In this document: positions 34,242-44,158 of the stretch, one piece after another | How positions within the stretch are numbered: position 1 is the stretch's first letter | Layout of the letters: every line of letters starts with the position of its first letter | Assembly (NCBI GenBank): GCA_043228905.1 | Contig: JBHGNT010000003.1 | Location: 10,354,001 to 10,418,000 of the forward strand | DNA from: Azolla caroliniana | Lineage: Eukaryota > Plantae > Polypodiophyta | Direction: 5' to 3' | DNA: 64,000 nt | Program-made: the position numbers and the translations under genes | Notes under the pieces: model-generated | Told to the model about the DNA's origin: nothing | The model's input: the letters and a program-made list of their open reading frames with translations, nothing else | Database searches by the model: none

Positions 34242-37200
34242 ACAAAAGACTCTTTATTTCACAAAGAATAATACAACAACCAACCTTACAAAAAGGTTAC
34301 AAGGTCACTATATATAGTGACCGACTTAGGGCAACTACCCTTTATGATAATTACATAAATGGCCAAAACGGGATAGCGTGAATACGTCCATTATACACAT
34401 GTATTCGACACTCCCCCGTAATGGGCGTATACATGGGTTATCTAAGATTACAGGTATAGACTTAGGTTCTCGGACATATCAGCTTTGTTCGAGTCGGCAG
34501 GGTCCGAAGGCAGAAGACCGAACTGGTCGGGTCGGAACAGTTGAAACCGATCATTAAGGAACTGATGTCGGTTGTCGGGAACCATCCTGCTCTGTGTCCG
34601 GCTCTAACCGGACTGGTTTGTCGTTACGCCCATCTGATGCCGAAGAGACCGAAAACGGTCTGCCGAAAGACACTTGGTCATTCCATCTGCGACATTGTCG
34701 GTTGTGGATATTTTCTCTAGACCGATTTTCCCTGAAATGACGCAGTCCCGAACGAAGTGATATCGAACGTCGATATGTTTGGAGGCGTTGTGGTGAACCG
34801 GATTTTTCGACAAGGCAACAGCACCTTGACTGTCGCTGTAGACAACTGGAGCCGAGTCATGTTCGACTTGTCGAAACGTGTGCGCCAGCCGACCGAGCCA
34901 CAAAGCTTCTTTTGCTGCGTCGGACGCAGCTACATATTCTGCTTCGGTCGTTGAGGTCGCTGTGCACTCCTGAAGTTTCGACTTCCACGAGATTGCTCCA
35001 TTGCCGAATTTGAAGCAGTATCCGGTTGTTGATTTCCGACTGTCTATACAGCCGGCGAAATCCGAGTCGGTGTAACCGACTACGCCTGAGGTTCGGTTCG
35101 GACCGAAAAGAATGTCGTGATCTTTTGTGCCAGCCAGATATCTGAACACATGCTTGACTGCGTTCCAATGCGATCGGCCAGGATTGTGCATAAATCTGCT
35201 AACGACTCCTACGGCATGAGATATATCAGGCCGTGTCGCGACCATCAGGTACATAAGGGAGCCGACTGCCGGTGCATACGGTACCGACTTCATATCTTCC
35301 CCCTCCGGACCGGATGTCGGGCAGTCTCGCTGAGAGAGCCGAAGATTCATGGGGAGCGGGGTTGAAGCAGATTTGGCTGATTGCATGTTGAAGCGTTGTA
35401 AGACACGTCCGATATAGTCGGTCTGAGACAAAAAAAGATGTCGTTTATCGCGATGCCGACTAATCTTCATGCCAAGGATGTGTCGTGCCGGACCGAGGTC
35501 CTTCATGGCAAACTGCAACCGCAGTTGCCGAATGAGATCGGCAAGTTCGCCCGCATGGCGTCTAGAAATTAGCATGTCGTCCACGTAAATGATGAGGAAG
35601 ATGGGTGATCCATCTTGAGCTGTGTTGGTGAAGAGACAATGGTCCTCATCGTTTTTTGAGAAGCCGATCGATTGGATGAAGTCGTCGAACTTCTTGTACC
35701 ATTGTCGTGGTGCCTGTTTGAGGCCGTATAGACTCTTCCTGAGTCGGCAGACTAGATGTTCTTGGCTAGTTGCCACGAAGCCTTTTGGCTGCTCCATATA
35801 AATTTCCTCCTCGAGATCACCATGGAGGAATGCTGTTTTGACATCTAGCTGAATCAGCTCCAAGTTGTCGGCTGCCACTACGCCGAGTAGGAAACGAAGG
35901 GTTGTCATTTTCACCACTGGTGAAAAAATTTCGTCGAAGTCGACGCCATATTCTTGTCGGAAGCCCTTCGCAACTAATCTGGCCTTGTACTTTGGGGTGG
36001 TCGAATCAGACGTCTCTTTTAGTCGATAAACCCACTTGCAAGGAAGAGCACGTCGGTTCCTAGGTAATTCGACCAGATCCCAAGTCTTGTTTGCCCGAAT
36101 GGAGTGCATTTCCGACTCCATCGCCAGATGCCCGGTGGCTGAATCGACAGATGTCGATGCTTCTTCGTAAGACGTCGGTTCGCCGGCGTCGGTGAAGAAA
36201 ATTCCAGGAGAATACCTCTCCGGAGGTTGCGACAGTCTCTCGGATCGTCGAGGTAAGATTGGACTGGTCGCATCGGGTATCGAGGTCGGATGGTCCGAAA
36301 CCGAATCATTCGGCTGTGCCGAGTCAGAGTTGTCCGAGTCGGTAGTGTGAGGTTCAGCTACCCGTGAAGCTGACCGTGTGTTAAGAGCGGGGCCTTCTTG
36401 AAGGGTCGGCACATCGGAAAATGTTACCCTTCGGACTTCGATCGGTTTTTCGACGGATGGATTCATAGCCGACTCGTTGAACACAACGTCCGAACTTCGA
36501 ACGATTTGTCTGCGTTCGGGGTCCCAGAGTCGGTATCCCATTTCGCCGTCGGATCCATATCCAAGGAAAATGCATTTCCTGGACCGAGGTGCAAGTTTTC
36601 GGCGATCATCTTTCGGAATAAGGGCGTACGCCTCGCATCCGAAGATCCTCAGCTTGTCGTAATTCGGCTTACTGCCGATCCATAGTTCCTGAGGAATTTG
36701 AAGTCCTAGAGGTCTACTTGGCGACATATTGATTATGTGTACTGCCGTGAGTAGAGCCTCTGCCCAGAAGCCATCCGACAGTCCGGAGTGTTGGAGCCTG
36801 GAAACTATCCGTTCTTGGATTGTCCGATTCATGCGTTCGGCAATCCCGTTTTGCTCCGGACTGTGTGGTGCCGTAAATTCACGTCGGATGCCGCGTTGTC
36901 GGCAGAATTTGACGAATTCTTCGGATTTGAACTCTCCCCCATTGTCTGTCCGAAAGCATCTCAGCTTTCGGTCGGTTTGATTTTCTACCATAGCGAGCCA
37001 ATCTGAGAAGATCGAGAAGACCCGATCTTTGGTGCGAATCGGATAAGCCCACACCTTTCGAGTCGAATCGTCAATAAAAGTGACGAAGTAAGAGGCACCG
37101 CCAAGAGACTGATGCGGCATTGGGCCACAGACGTCCGAGTGGACTAAATCGAGAGGTCTCGTTTCTCTTGGTGCTGATGTCGGGTGTGATGCGGCTACTT

Positions 37201-39368
37201 GTTTGCCATACTGGCAATGCTCGCAGAATTGATGGTCGGAGAAGGAGAGTTTGGGGATGTATCCGGCTCTAGATAGGTGCGTGATGCCGGCCTTGCTGAG
37301 GTGTCCTAATCTTCTGTGCCATAGTGATGACACAGGAATATCCACCAAAAACAGGTTACCCTCTCTGAGCGTAACATGTAACGGATACAGTGAGTGTATC
37401 TTGGGTCCTCTAGCAAGCAGGAGGTTCCCCCTGTGGAGTGTCCACCCTCCCGAAGAAAAACCGGCACGGATGCCGTCTTCATCTAGTTGTCCGACGGAGA
37501 TCAATGGCCTTGAGAGCTCGGGTACATGTCGGACATTGTGGAGTACAAGTGTAGAGCCACCTGCAAGGTTGAGCTCTACTGTGCCGATTCCGATGATGTC
37601 ACAGTGTTGCGAGTTGCCGACTCGAACTGAGTCGGAGTGACGGATCGTATATTGCCGAAATTGGGATCGATGAGGAGTCACGTGAAATGACGCGCCCGAA
37701 TCTAAGAGCCATGTGCTCGATTCTTCAGTCGTGAGTAGAACTTCTGATCCGACTGGATTTTCGATTGATAGTATATTCGGGTCGTCTGGTAGCACATCAG
37801 CTGAGAAGCTGACGTAATTGACCTCCTCATGCCGGCCACTCTTCTTGTTGTTCTTGTTCTTGAGTGCGCGGCAGTCGGCTTTGATGTGTCCGGGTTTCTT
37901 GCAATAGTTGCAGATTCGGTTATCCCGTGACTGGCTCCGTCTTCGCTGATTGTTCGGCGGCCGTGAGGAATCTCTTCCTCGTATGTTCGATCGGTCTGTC
38001 GAACCTTGTACTACATAAGCGTCGTCTGTTGAGTCTTTGGCGAAAGACTTTCTCCGAGCTGCTTCGGTCAGGATTGCGCTCGTGACTTCGGAGTACTTAA
38101 CAGCCGTGGTTGACGCGTTGCACACGGTTGTGACGAAAGTTTCCCAAGATGAGGGAAGGCTGCTCATGAGTATCATTGCTCTGAGTTCATCCTCGATTGC
38201 CGTCCCCTGTGACGAGATTTGGGAGCTGATGCTTTCGTACTCATTGAGGTGTGCTTGAACCGAATCGGATTCTTTCATCCGCAAGTTGTAGAGGCGCCGG
38301 ATCAGAAACATCTTCGTTGCGGCGACCTTCTTTTCGTAAGTGTCCGACAGTGTTTTCCACAGTTCGAATGCTGTCGTACACGATTGCACCGTAAAGTATA
38401 CCGATTCCGATAGGTGCATCCGAATCGTGGCGCGGACGATTCTGTCCAGCTTCTGCCACTCAATTGGTTTGTATCCTTCTGGAGGTTCTTCATTTTCGAT
38501 GGGATCGATTTGTCCCTTGACTATGAGATAGTCCTGCATTTGCTCCTTCCAGAAGTTGAAGTTCGATCCATCGAACTTTCGTAGACTCATTTCTGACGAG
38601 CCGGATGTTGATGCCATCAAATTCGGTTTCGGTTGACGAAGCTCGGTTCGGAGTTGACTACGAACCTTGTTGGAGTGCAGCCAGTTGGCTCACCCGATAT
38701 CGTTCTAGTCGGATTTGAACCCGAGTCGGTTCGGTTTCGGAATTTGCTCGAATTGACTCCGGTAGCTTGAGGGACAGAACCGACTGGTCTTCCCGAATGT
38801 TGCCGAGTCGGAGTGAGCCCGGTTCGCTTCGGATATATATGCCGAATACCGATTATTAAAACCGATTATCTGGACCGATTCTGCTTCGGTTGACTGCAGC
38901 GACTAGAGAGACGGATCCAACTGATCCTCTCGAATGTCGATCAGCCAGATGAAGCACGAATTTGGGGTTGTTGTCTTGAGACCGATCTGCACCGAGTGGT
39001 TACAACGAGCAGCGTTTGATTACCTCTTCGGATGCCGTTAAACCGAATGGAGCACGATCGTGTCAATGTTGCACAAGGGGATTTCACCTCGAGCGGTTAC
39101 GATCACAGGGAACAGAGTACGACCTGATGGCTTACTCCAAGCAAGAATTATCTAACGCAATGAGATGCAAACCTGGTTTTTCTTCTTCTTCTCTCTTTCT
39201 TCGAATGACGCAGGAAACCGAATGCAGAGACAACGGCCGACAGCGGATTGAGGACCGACTACTGTGCAGGCTCTGATACCAGATGTTGGAAGCAATGTCG
39301 TCAGTGCGGAAGATCAAGAAGCACTCGTTCCCTGTTTATTCCCTGCGTATGACAGATTGTATGTCGTT

Positions 39369-39402
<34 letters not shown>

Positions 39403-39571
39403 ACAAAAGACTCTTTATTTCACAAAGAATAATACAACAACCAACCTTACAAAAAGGTTACAAGGTCACTATATATAGTGACCGACTTAGGGCAACTACC
39501 CTTTATGATAATTACATAAATGGCCAAAACGGGATAGCGTGAATACGTCCATTATACACATGTATTCGACA
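34123..39571 (-). mobile_element. Intact Copia element A2 (LTRs 34123-34410 and 39284-39571, 288 bp each)
   Basis: TSD TTTAC; LTR pair of equal length that looks identical; iMet PBS; PPT. Confidence 0.98.
34604..38617 (-). CDS. Copia gag-pol polyprotein (A2), uninterrupted
   Basis: Same length as A1 and nearly identical. Confidence 0.97.
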   Translation of the reverse strand: MASTSGSSEMSLRKFDGSNFNFWKEQMQDYLIVKGQIDPIENEEPPEGYKPIEWQKLDRIVRATIRMHLSESVYFTVQSCTTAFELWKTLSDTYEKKVAATKMFLIRRLYNLRMKESDSVQAHLNEYESISSQISSQGTAIEDELRAMILMSSLPSSWETFVTTVCNASTTAVKYSEVTSAILTEAARRKSFAKDSTDDAYVVQGSTDRSNIRGRDSSRPPNNQRRRSQSRDNRICNYCKKPGHIKADCRALKNKNNKKSGRHEEVNYVSFSADVLPDDPNILSIENPVGSEVLLTTEESSTWLLDSGASFHVTPHRSQFRQYTIRHSDSVRVGNSQHCDIIGIGTVELNLAGGSTLVLHNVRHVPELSRPLISVGQLDEDGIRAGFSSGGWTLHRGNLLLARGPKIHSLYPLHVTLREGNLFLVDIPVSSLWHRRLGHLSKAGITHLSRAGYIPKLSFSDHQFCEHCQYGKQVAASHPTSAPRETRPLDLVHSDVCGPMPHQSLGGASYFVTFIDDSTRKVWAYPIRTKDRVFSIFSDWLAMVENQTDRKLRCFRTDNGGEFKSEEFVKFCRQRGIRREFTAPHSPEQNGIAERMNRTIQERIVSRLQHSGLSDGFWAEALLTAVHIINMSPSRPLGLQIPQELWIGSKPNYDKLRIFGCEAYALIPKDDRRKLAPRSRKCIFLGYGSDGEMGYRLWDPERRQIVRSSDVVFNESAMNPSVEKPIEVRRVTFSDVPTLQEGPALNTRSASRVAEPHTTDSDNSDSAQPNDSVSDHPTSIPDATSPILPRRSERLSQPPERYSPGIFFTDAGEPTSYEEASTSVDSATGHLAMESEMHSIRANKTWDLVELPRNRRALPCKWVYRLKETSDSTTPKYKARLVAKGFRQEYGVDFDEIFSPVVKMTTLRFLLGVVAADNLELIQLDVKTAFLHGDLEEEIYMEQPKGFVATSQEHLVCRLRKSLYGLKQAPRQWYKKFDDFIQSIGFSKNDEDHCLFTNTAQDGSPIFLIIYVDDMLISRRHAGELADLIRQLRLQFAMKDLGPARHILGMKISRHRDKRHLFLSQTDYIGRVLQRFNMQSAKSASTPLPMNLRLSQRDCPTSGPEGEDMKSVPYAPAVGSLMYLMVATRPDISHAVGVVSRFMHNPGRSHWNAVKHVFRYLAGTKDHDILFGPNRTSGVVGYTDSDFAGCIDSRKSTTGYCFKFGNGAISWKSKLQECTATSTTEAEYVAASDAAKEALWLGRLAHTFRQVEHDSAPVVYSDSQGAVALSKNPVHHNASKHIDVRYHFVRDCVISGKIGLEKISTTDNVADGMTKCLSADRFRSLRHQMGVTTNQSG

Positions 39572-39682
39572 TTTACTTATCACATATATACGATCAAATA
39601 CATATATACGTGACCACATATGCCTATATTAACATATCGTTATATTAAATAGCCACAAATGATGTGATCGAGATACGTAATC

Positions 39683-39930
39683 GAGGTATATACCTCTACG
39701 CACATGAAACATCCACAAATAAGAGATAATCGTAATACGCAATTGAGGTATTGACCTCTTACGCATACGAGACCAACCGCATATCGTTTACAATAAATCA
39801 AGGTATTAAACTCATACGCAAACGTAACATATGTTCGTGAACATAATACGTAATTGAGGTATTAACCTCGTACGCATACGACACTCATCACATATTATTT
39901 ATATGTCAAACAAGGTATTGACCTCGTGCA
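39683..39930. repeat. Five palindromic GAGGT-N4-ACCTC-type motifs at 55-62 bp spacing in the leader of Gypsy D
   Basis: Motifs start at about 39683, 39745, 39800, 39856 and 39912; mirrored at about 57789-58031. Confidence 0.8.
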
Positions 39931-40947
39931 CATATGTAAACGTTTTAGATAATCAATTAAAGACCACTACAACATCATTGACTTAATGAAAAAATGACAT
40001 ATAAACTAAACACATGATTAGATGGGAGAAGAGAGAATAGAAAAAAAATTTATGGAAAGAGTTACCGAAGTTCTTTGTTGATCGTTGTCTGGATCAAGGC
40101 CGACCGCACATCGATCGATCAGCATCAATCAAAAGACAAATGAAAAACAAAGAAACATTAGTACATAAATGTGATACCAAAGATTAGAGATCTAGGTACT
40201 AAAGTAAGCTTAAGATAAGGATAAAGTAATGATAGATAGAAAGGAGAAAGAGAAAGAAGGGTGCCAATCCACCTGACCACCCCCGAGCGAAGGGATCAAG
40301 ACGGACTCGAGCCTCAATCGGCATCCCATACCACCGTCGTGGCGTCGAGTCGTACCTAGTGCTGGCGCGCTTGCTACAAGATTTGAACCACCATTAGAGC
40401 AGAGTCTCGATGTAGCCAAAAGATGATCAAATGAGGGTAGCTAGGCCTCTTATTTATAGTGATACCCAAGGCCCCCAGGCAAGTTCACACTTGACCTAAT
40501 GGGTTGTCTCAATCCCGAGGATTAAAAGTAATCCTCCCCTTCTTTACACTCTCGTTTAACCCTCACACTTATCCACATGTATAGAATACTCTGGTAAATT
40601 CTCACCACGGGATATTAAATGGTCATGCCCGTTGTCGTGTGAATCTTCACACACTATGTAAAAAAATAATGAAATAATTATTATAGATTAGATTGGTAGC
40701 TTACTATAGAAAGATGGATATACTCAAGAGCTTCAAAATGTATTTTACTATATACAAAATGGAGAAATACATATCAAGTTATGGGAAAATGAAGTTTGAT
40801 TAGATAGAGAAATTAGAACTATCCCACATAGATAGGAAAGTTAAGGCCCTGGCTATATAAACACCTTGAGCTCCCTCATTTTTCATTTGTGCTGAGAGAA
40901 CTTTGGCCACTTTGTCTTGATGGATGATGGTGGCCAAAATCTCTAAA

Positions 40948-41330
40948 ACCGGAAACTGGCCGGTAAGCAAATCCGGAGAACGGGTCTGGTAAGCAAATCC
41001 GGAAACGGGCCGGTAAGCAAAACCGGAACCGGAATGGGTATGCAAAACCGGAAACCGGTCGGTAAGCAAAACCGGAACCGGAATCGGCAAGCAAACCAGA
41101 ACCAGAACCGGCAAGCAAACCGGAACCGGCCGGCAAGCAAAACCGGAACCGAAACCGGCAAGCAAACCGGAATCGGAACCGGTCGGCAAGCAAACCGGAA
41201 CCGGCCGGCAAGCAAAACCGGAAACCGGCCGGCAAGCAAAACCGAAACCGAAACCGGCAAGCAAACCGGAATCGGTCTGCAAGCAAAATCGGAACCGGAA
41301 CCGACCGGCAAGCAAAATGGAACCGGCTAC
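40948..41330. repeat. About 25-bp minisatellite (GGCAAGCAAAACCGGAACC...) in the 5' LTR of P
   Basis: More than a dozen AAGCAAA(A)CCGGAA units. Confidence 0.93.
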
Positions 41331-41928
41331 CGGACGATGTTGGACGCGGACGGACGAAAGATTGGATCATGCAACAAACTAAAGTAAAGTGAAGAGAACT
41401 AAAGTAAAGGCCATGTGGACGCAAGCAACTAAAGAAGGGAGTGCATGGAAAAAGTAAAGGTCATGTGGACAATCACATGCAACCAAAAGAAAAAGCAAGG
41501 CAACTAAAAATAGAGGCCATGCAACAAAAAAGTAAAAAGGCTATGATCAAGAGGGAACTCCATTTTGATGGCATTTTTTTTTCCTACACTAGGGGAGACT
41601 CTCCATATTACCTTAATTTTCTTCTCAACTCCCTTATCTTAGGAAGCCATAATACTCATAGAGCCGAATCCTAATCTTCCCTACGGAAGCCATATCTACC
41701 AAAACCCCTAATTTTTCTTTTCTATTAATCTTAGTAAACCTAAAACTTCTACATCTCAATCTTGGGACATATTGTAATTTCTTTTCCCTTTATTAATGAA
41801 ATTTGTGAATCTTTATCATTTTGCATTAATTGTTTAATATAATCATACGAATCCGATATCTTCTGGTCGGAGGCCTCGGGGTCCTGCCTCAAAGTTCGCG
41901 TATCCTCGTCGTATTTTCGCGACATCTT

Positions 41929-41946
41929 TGGTGAACCCGACGTGAA
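41929..41946 (+). promoter_or_regulatory. Primer binding site complementary to the 3' end of plant cytosolic tRNA-Trp
   Basis: Reverse complement TTCACGTCGGGTTCACCA matches the tRNA-Trp(CCA) 3' end plus CCA (sequence recalled from memory). Confidence 0.88.
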
Positions 41947-41977
41947 ACGAGGCAGTAGGAGGATATCAAGTTCGAAG

Positions 41978-44158
41978 ATGGCTTCGACAAGTGGAACTCA
42001 AGGAGAAGAATTGACGAAAGGCATGGTGTCCGTTGTCGAATTCATGCTGAAAGAGAGAGATCGGGAGGCTTTAGTCGACAAAGCTGTTGACCGAACTGTG
42101 GAGACAGTTGGAAGATTCGGTGGGAAGAACATCACAAATTTCCTTGCTACCTACCGGAATGAGATGCAACAAAGAGATGTCCATGATCCAAAACAAATTT
42201 CAAGCTTTAAGCGTGTGGTAGAACCCGGGATCCGTGAGCGCGTGATGGAGATCCAAAACGAGCATGCAACTTGGGCGGAGTTCGAAAGGGCTCTTCTCAC
42301 TGAATACATGCTTGAAGACGCATCGCGGATGACTCGGCATGCGTTAATGAATTGGATCGAGAAGAAAGGGAAGAATCTGTGTGCATCGGGAATTTATGCC
42401 GAATTTGACCAGAAGTACAACCGACTTCCGAGTGTCGAGCAACGAGTTCTCGACGGAGATAAAGTCTTGCTATTCCTAAAGGCAATGGATGCGAAAGATC
42501 GGCGAGAATTGGGTAGTTTCTTGGAGGATGAAACACAACCAAATGGTTTGGTAGCGGACTGGGCGGCGGTGAAGAAGGCTTGCAGCCGTTTTGATAAGCG
42601 GCGACAATGGCAAGAGGAAGCTGAGGTTGAGAATCCACAATTGTGGAAGAAGGCACCTACGACGATTGAGCCAGGTAAGCCGATCAACAATTTCGACAAG
42701 AAAGCAATGGAGGAGTCTATAATCGAAGAGCTCTCCAAGAAGTTTGAAGCGGTATCGCTAGCCAACTTAGGTCGACGCGGGCCCAAGGGAAAAGAAGCGT
42801 ATAGATGTGTGTGGTGTGATAGCTTTGAACACTCACGAAGGGAATGTGCTGACTTGCAAGATGCAATCCGCAAGAATGTCGTCTATTTGGACGGCAACAT
42901 GATTCACTCAAGCGAGACCCGGAAGCCACTACGAGTGAACTTCGGAAGAGGTGGGCTGAAAAAGATTGTAGAAGAAGAAGATGCAAGGCATGTGGAGGCT
43001 ATGCACTATGCTGCTTCGGCTGGGATACGAGTTGGAAAAGAGAATCTTAAAATGATCAAGCCAGGAGCTGGGTTTTGGCCAACGGTCTTCGAGTGCGAAG
43101 AAAAAGGCAAAATCAATTCGGAGGATCTAAAACTTGCTGACCGAAACGTGCGACGAGCAACTGGATGGTCAGATCCAATCGATGAAAACACAAGCTTTGC
43201 GGAGGTTGTGTGTGACACCTATGAAGCCCTTGTCGAAGAGAAGAGGAAGAGAACTGGTGAAGAAGATGGCACATCAAAGCGACCTAACACGAGGAACGGA
43301 GGGAAAGAAGGGTCACCCCAACCTATCCCAAGAAAAGAGATTGGTGAAACAAACATGAAGCCCAGTGGATCGAGCCAACCTGCTCGGATGGAAGTCGAAG
43401 AATCAACGAAGAAAGGAAAAGAACGAGCGGCACCGACTTACAAGCTAAGGTCGGACATAGAACAAACAACTAACTTGCGGAAGGTCCTTGAGGAGAAGGT
43501 TTTAGATAGTCATGTCGACCTTACCTTGAGAGAGCTACTTGGGATCGCGAAGAAGGAGTTCCATGATACTATCGTGGACCTTATTAAGAGGAAGCGACAA
43601 CAATCTGATGAAGAGGAGGTCAAAACAAGTGCCATAACCATGGCAAGATCGGAAGAGGAGGAAGAAGAAGAAGTGGTGGCGGATAGCCATTACTCGCGGC
43701 CTCATTGGGCAAGAGCGACAACGGAGACACCCGTGAAGATCGGGGAGAAGAAAGAGACCGTGGTCGCTTTGATTGACCATGGCTCTGAGATCAACCTCAT
43801 GTCGACCGAGTTCTATAAGAAAGGAAGATGGCCGATTAATACAAACCACGGATGGAAGATTCGAGCGGCGACGAAGGCTACGGAGGACTTGTACGGAGCT
43901 TGCCCCAACGTTAAAGTCACGATTGGGGATGTAGAGATTGATCAACACTTCTTCGTGCAAGACTCGGCTTCACATCCCGTCATCCTAGGACAACCATATA
44001 TAACATCGTCCCGGATGGAGACCAAGGTGTTCGATAATGGAGCAGCCTTCGCGCGCGTCAAGAGTCTTGATAGTAAAAAATCCGTTCAATTCCTGACGGT
44101 TCGAGCTAATCATGAAAGGAACCGAGATAGCCTTGGAGGCGAATCCTCGGATTTTTAA
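41978..44158 (+). CDS. Gag-protease of Gypsy P
   Basis: ATG at 41978 (MASTSG); CVWCDSFEHSRREC knuckle; aspartic protease LIDHGSEINL...VILGQPY. Confidence 0.9.
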   Translation: MASTSGTQGEELTKGMVSVVEFMLKERDREALVDKAVDRTVETVGRFGGKNITNFLATYRNEMQQRDVHDPKQISSFKRVVEPGIRERVMEIQNEHATWAEFERALLTEYMLEDASRMTRHALMNWIEKKGKNLCASGIYAEFDQKYNRLPSVEQRVLDGDKVLLFLKAMDAKDRRELGSFLEDETQPNGLVADWAAVKKACSRFDKRRQWQEEAEVENPQLWKKAPTTIEPGKPINNFDKKAMEESIIEELSKKFEAVSLANLGRRGPKGKEAYRCVWCDSFEHSRRECADLQDAIRKNVVYLDGNMIHSSETRKPLRVNFGRGGLKKIVEEEDARHVEAMHYAASAGIRVGKENLKMIKPGAGFWPTVFECEEKGKINSEDLKLADRNVRRATGWSDPIDENTSFAEVVCDTYEALVEEKRKRTGEEDGTSKRPNTRNGGKEGSPQPIPRKEIGETNMKPSGSSQPARMEVEESTKKGKERAAPTYKLRSDIEQTTNLRKVLEEKVLDSHVDLTLRELLGIAKKEFHDTIVDLIKRKRQQSDEEEVKTSAITMARSEEEEEEEVVADSHYSRPHWARATTETPVKIGEKKETVVALIDHGSEINLMSTEFYKKGRWPINTNHGWKIRAATKATEDLYGACPNVKVTIGDVEIDQHFFVQDSASHPVILGQPYITSSRMETKVFDNGAAFARVKSLDSKKSVQFLTVRANHERNRDSLGGESSDF

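Noticed and set aside
39683-39930. CRISPR-like repeat/spacer appearance
   Set aside because: Short degenerate repeats, spacers related to each other, no cas genes, eukaryotic retrotransposon context
40800-41424. Repetitive ORFs (FACRFRFR..., PVPVCL...) here and at 47839-48488
   Set aside because: Stop-free translations of the LTR minisatellite in several frames; no evidence of a real protein
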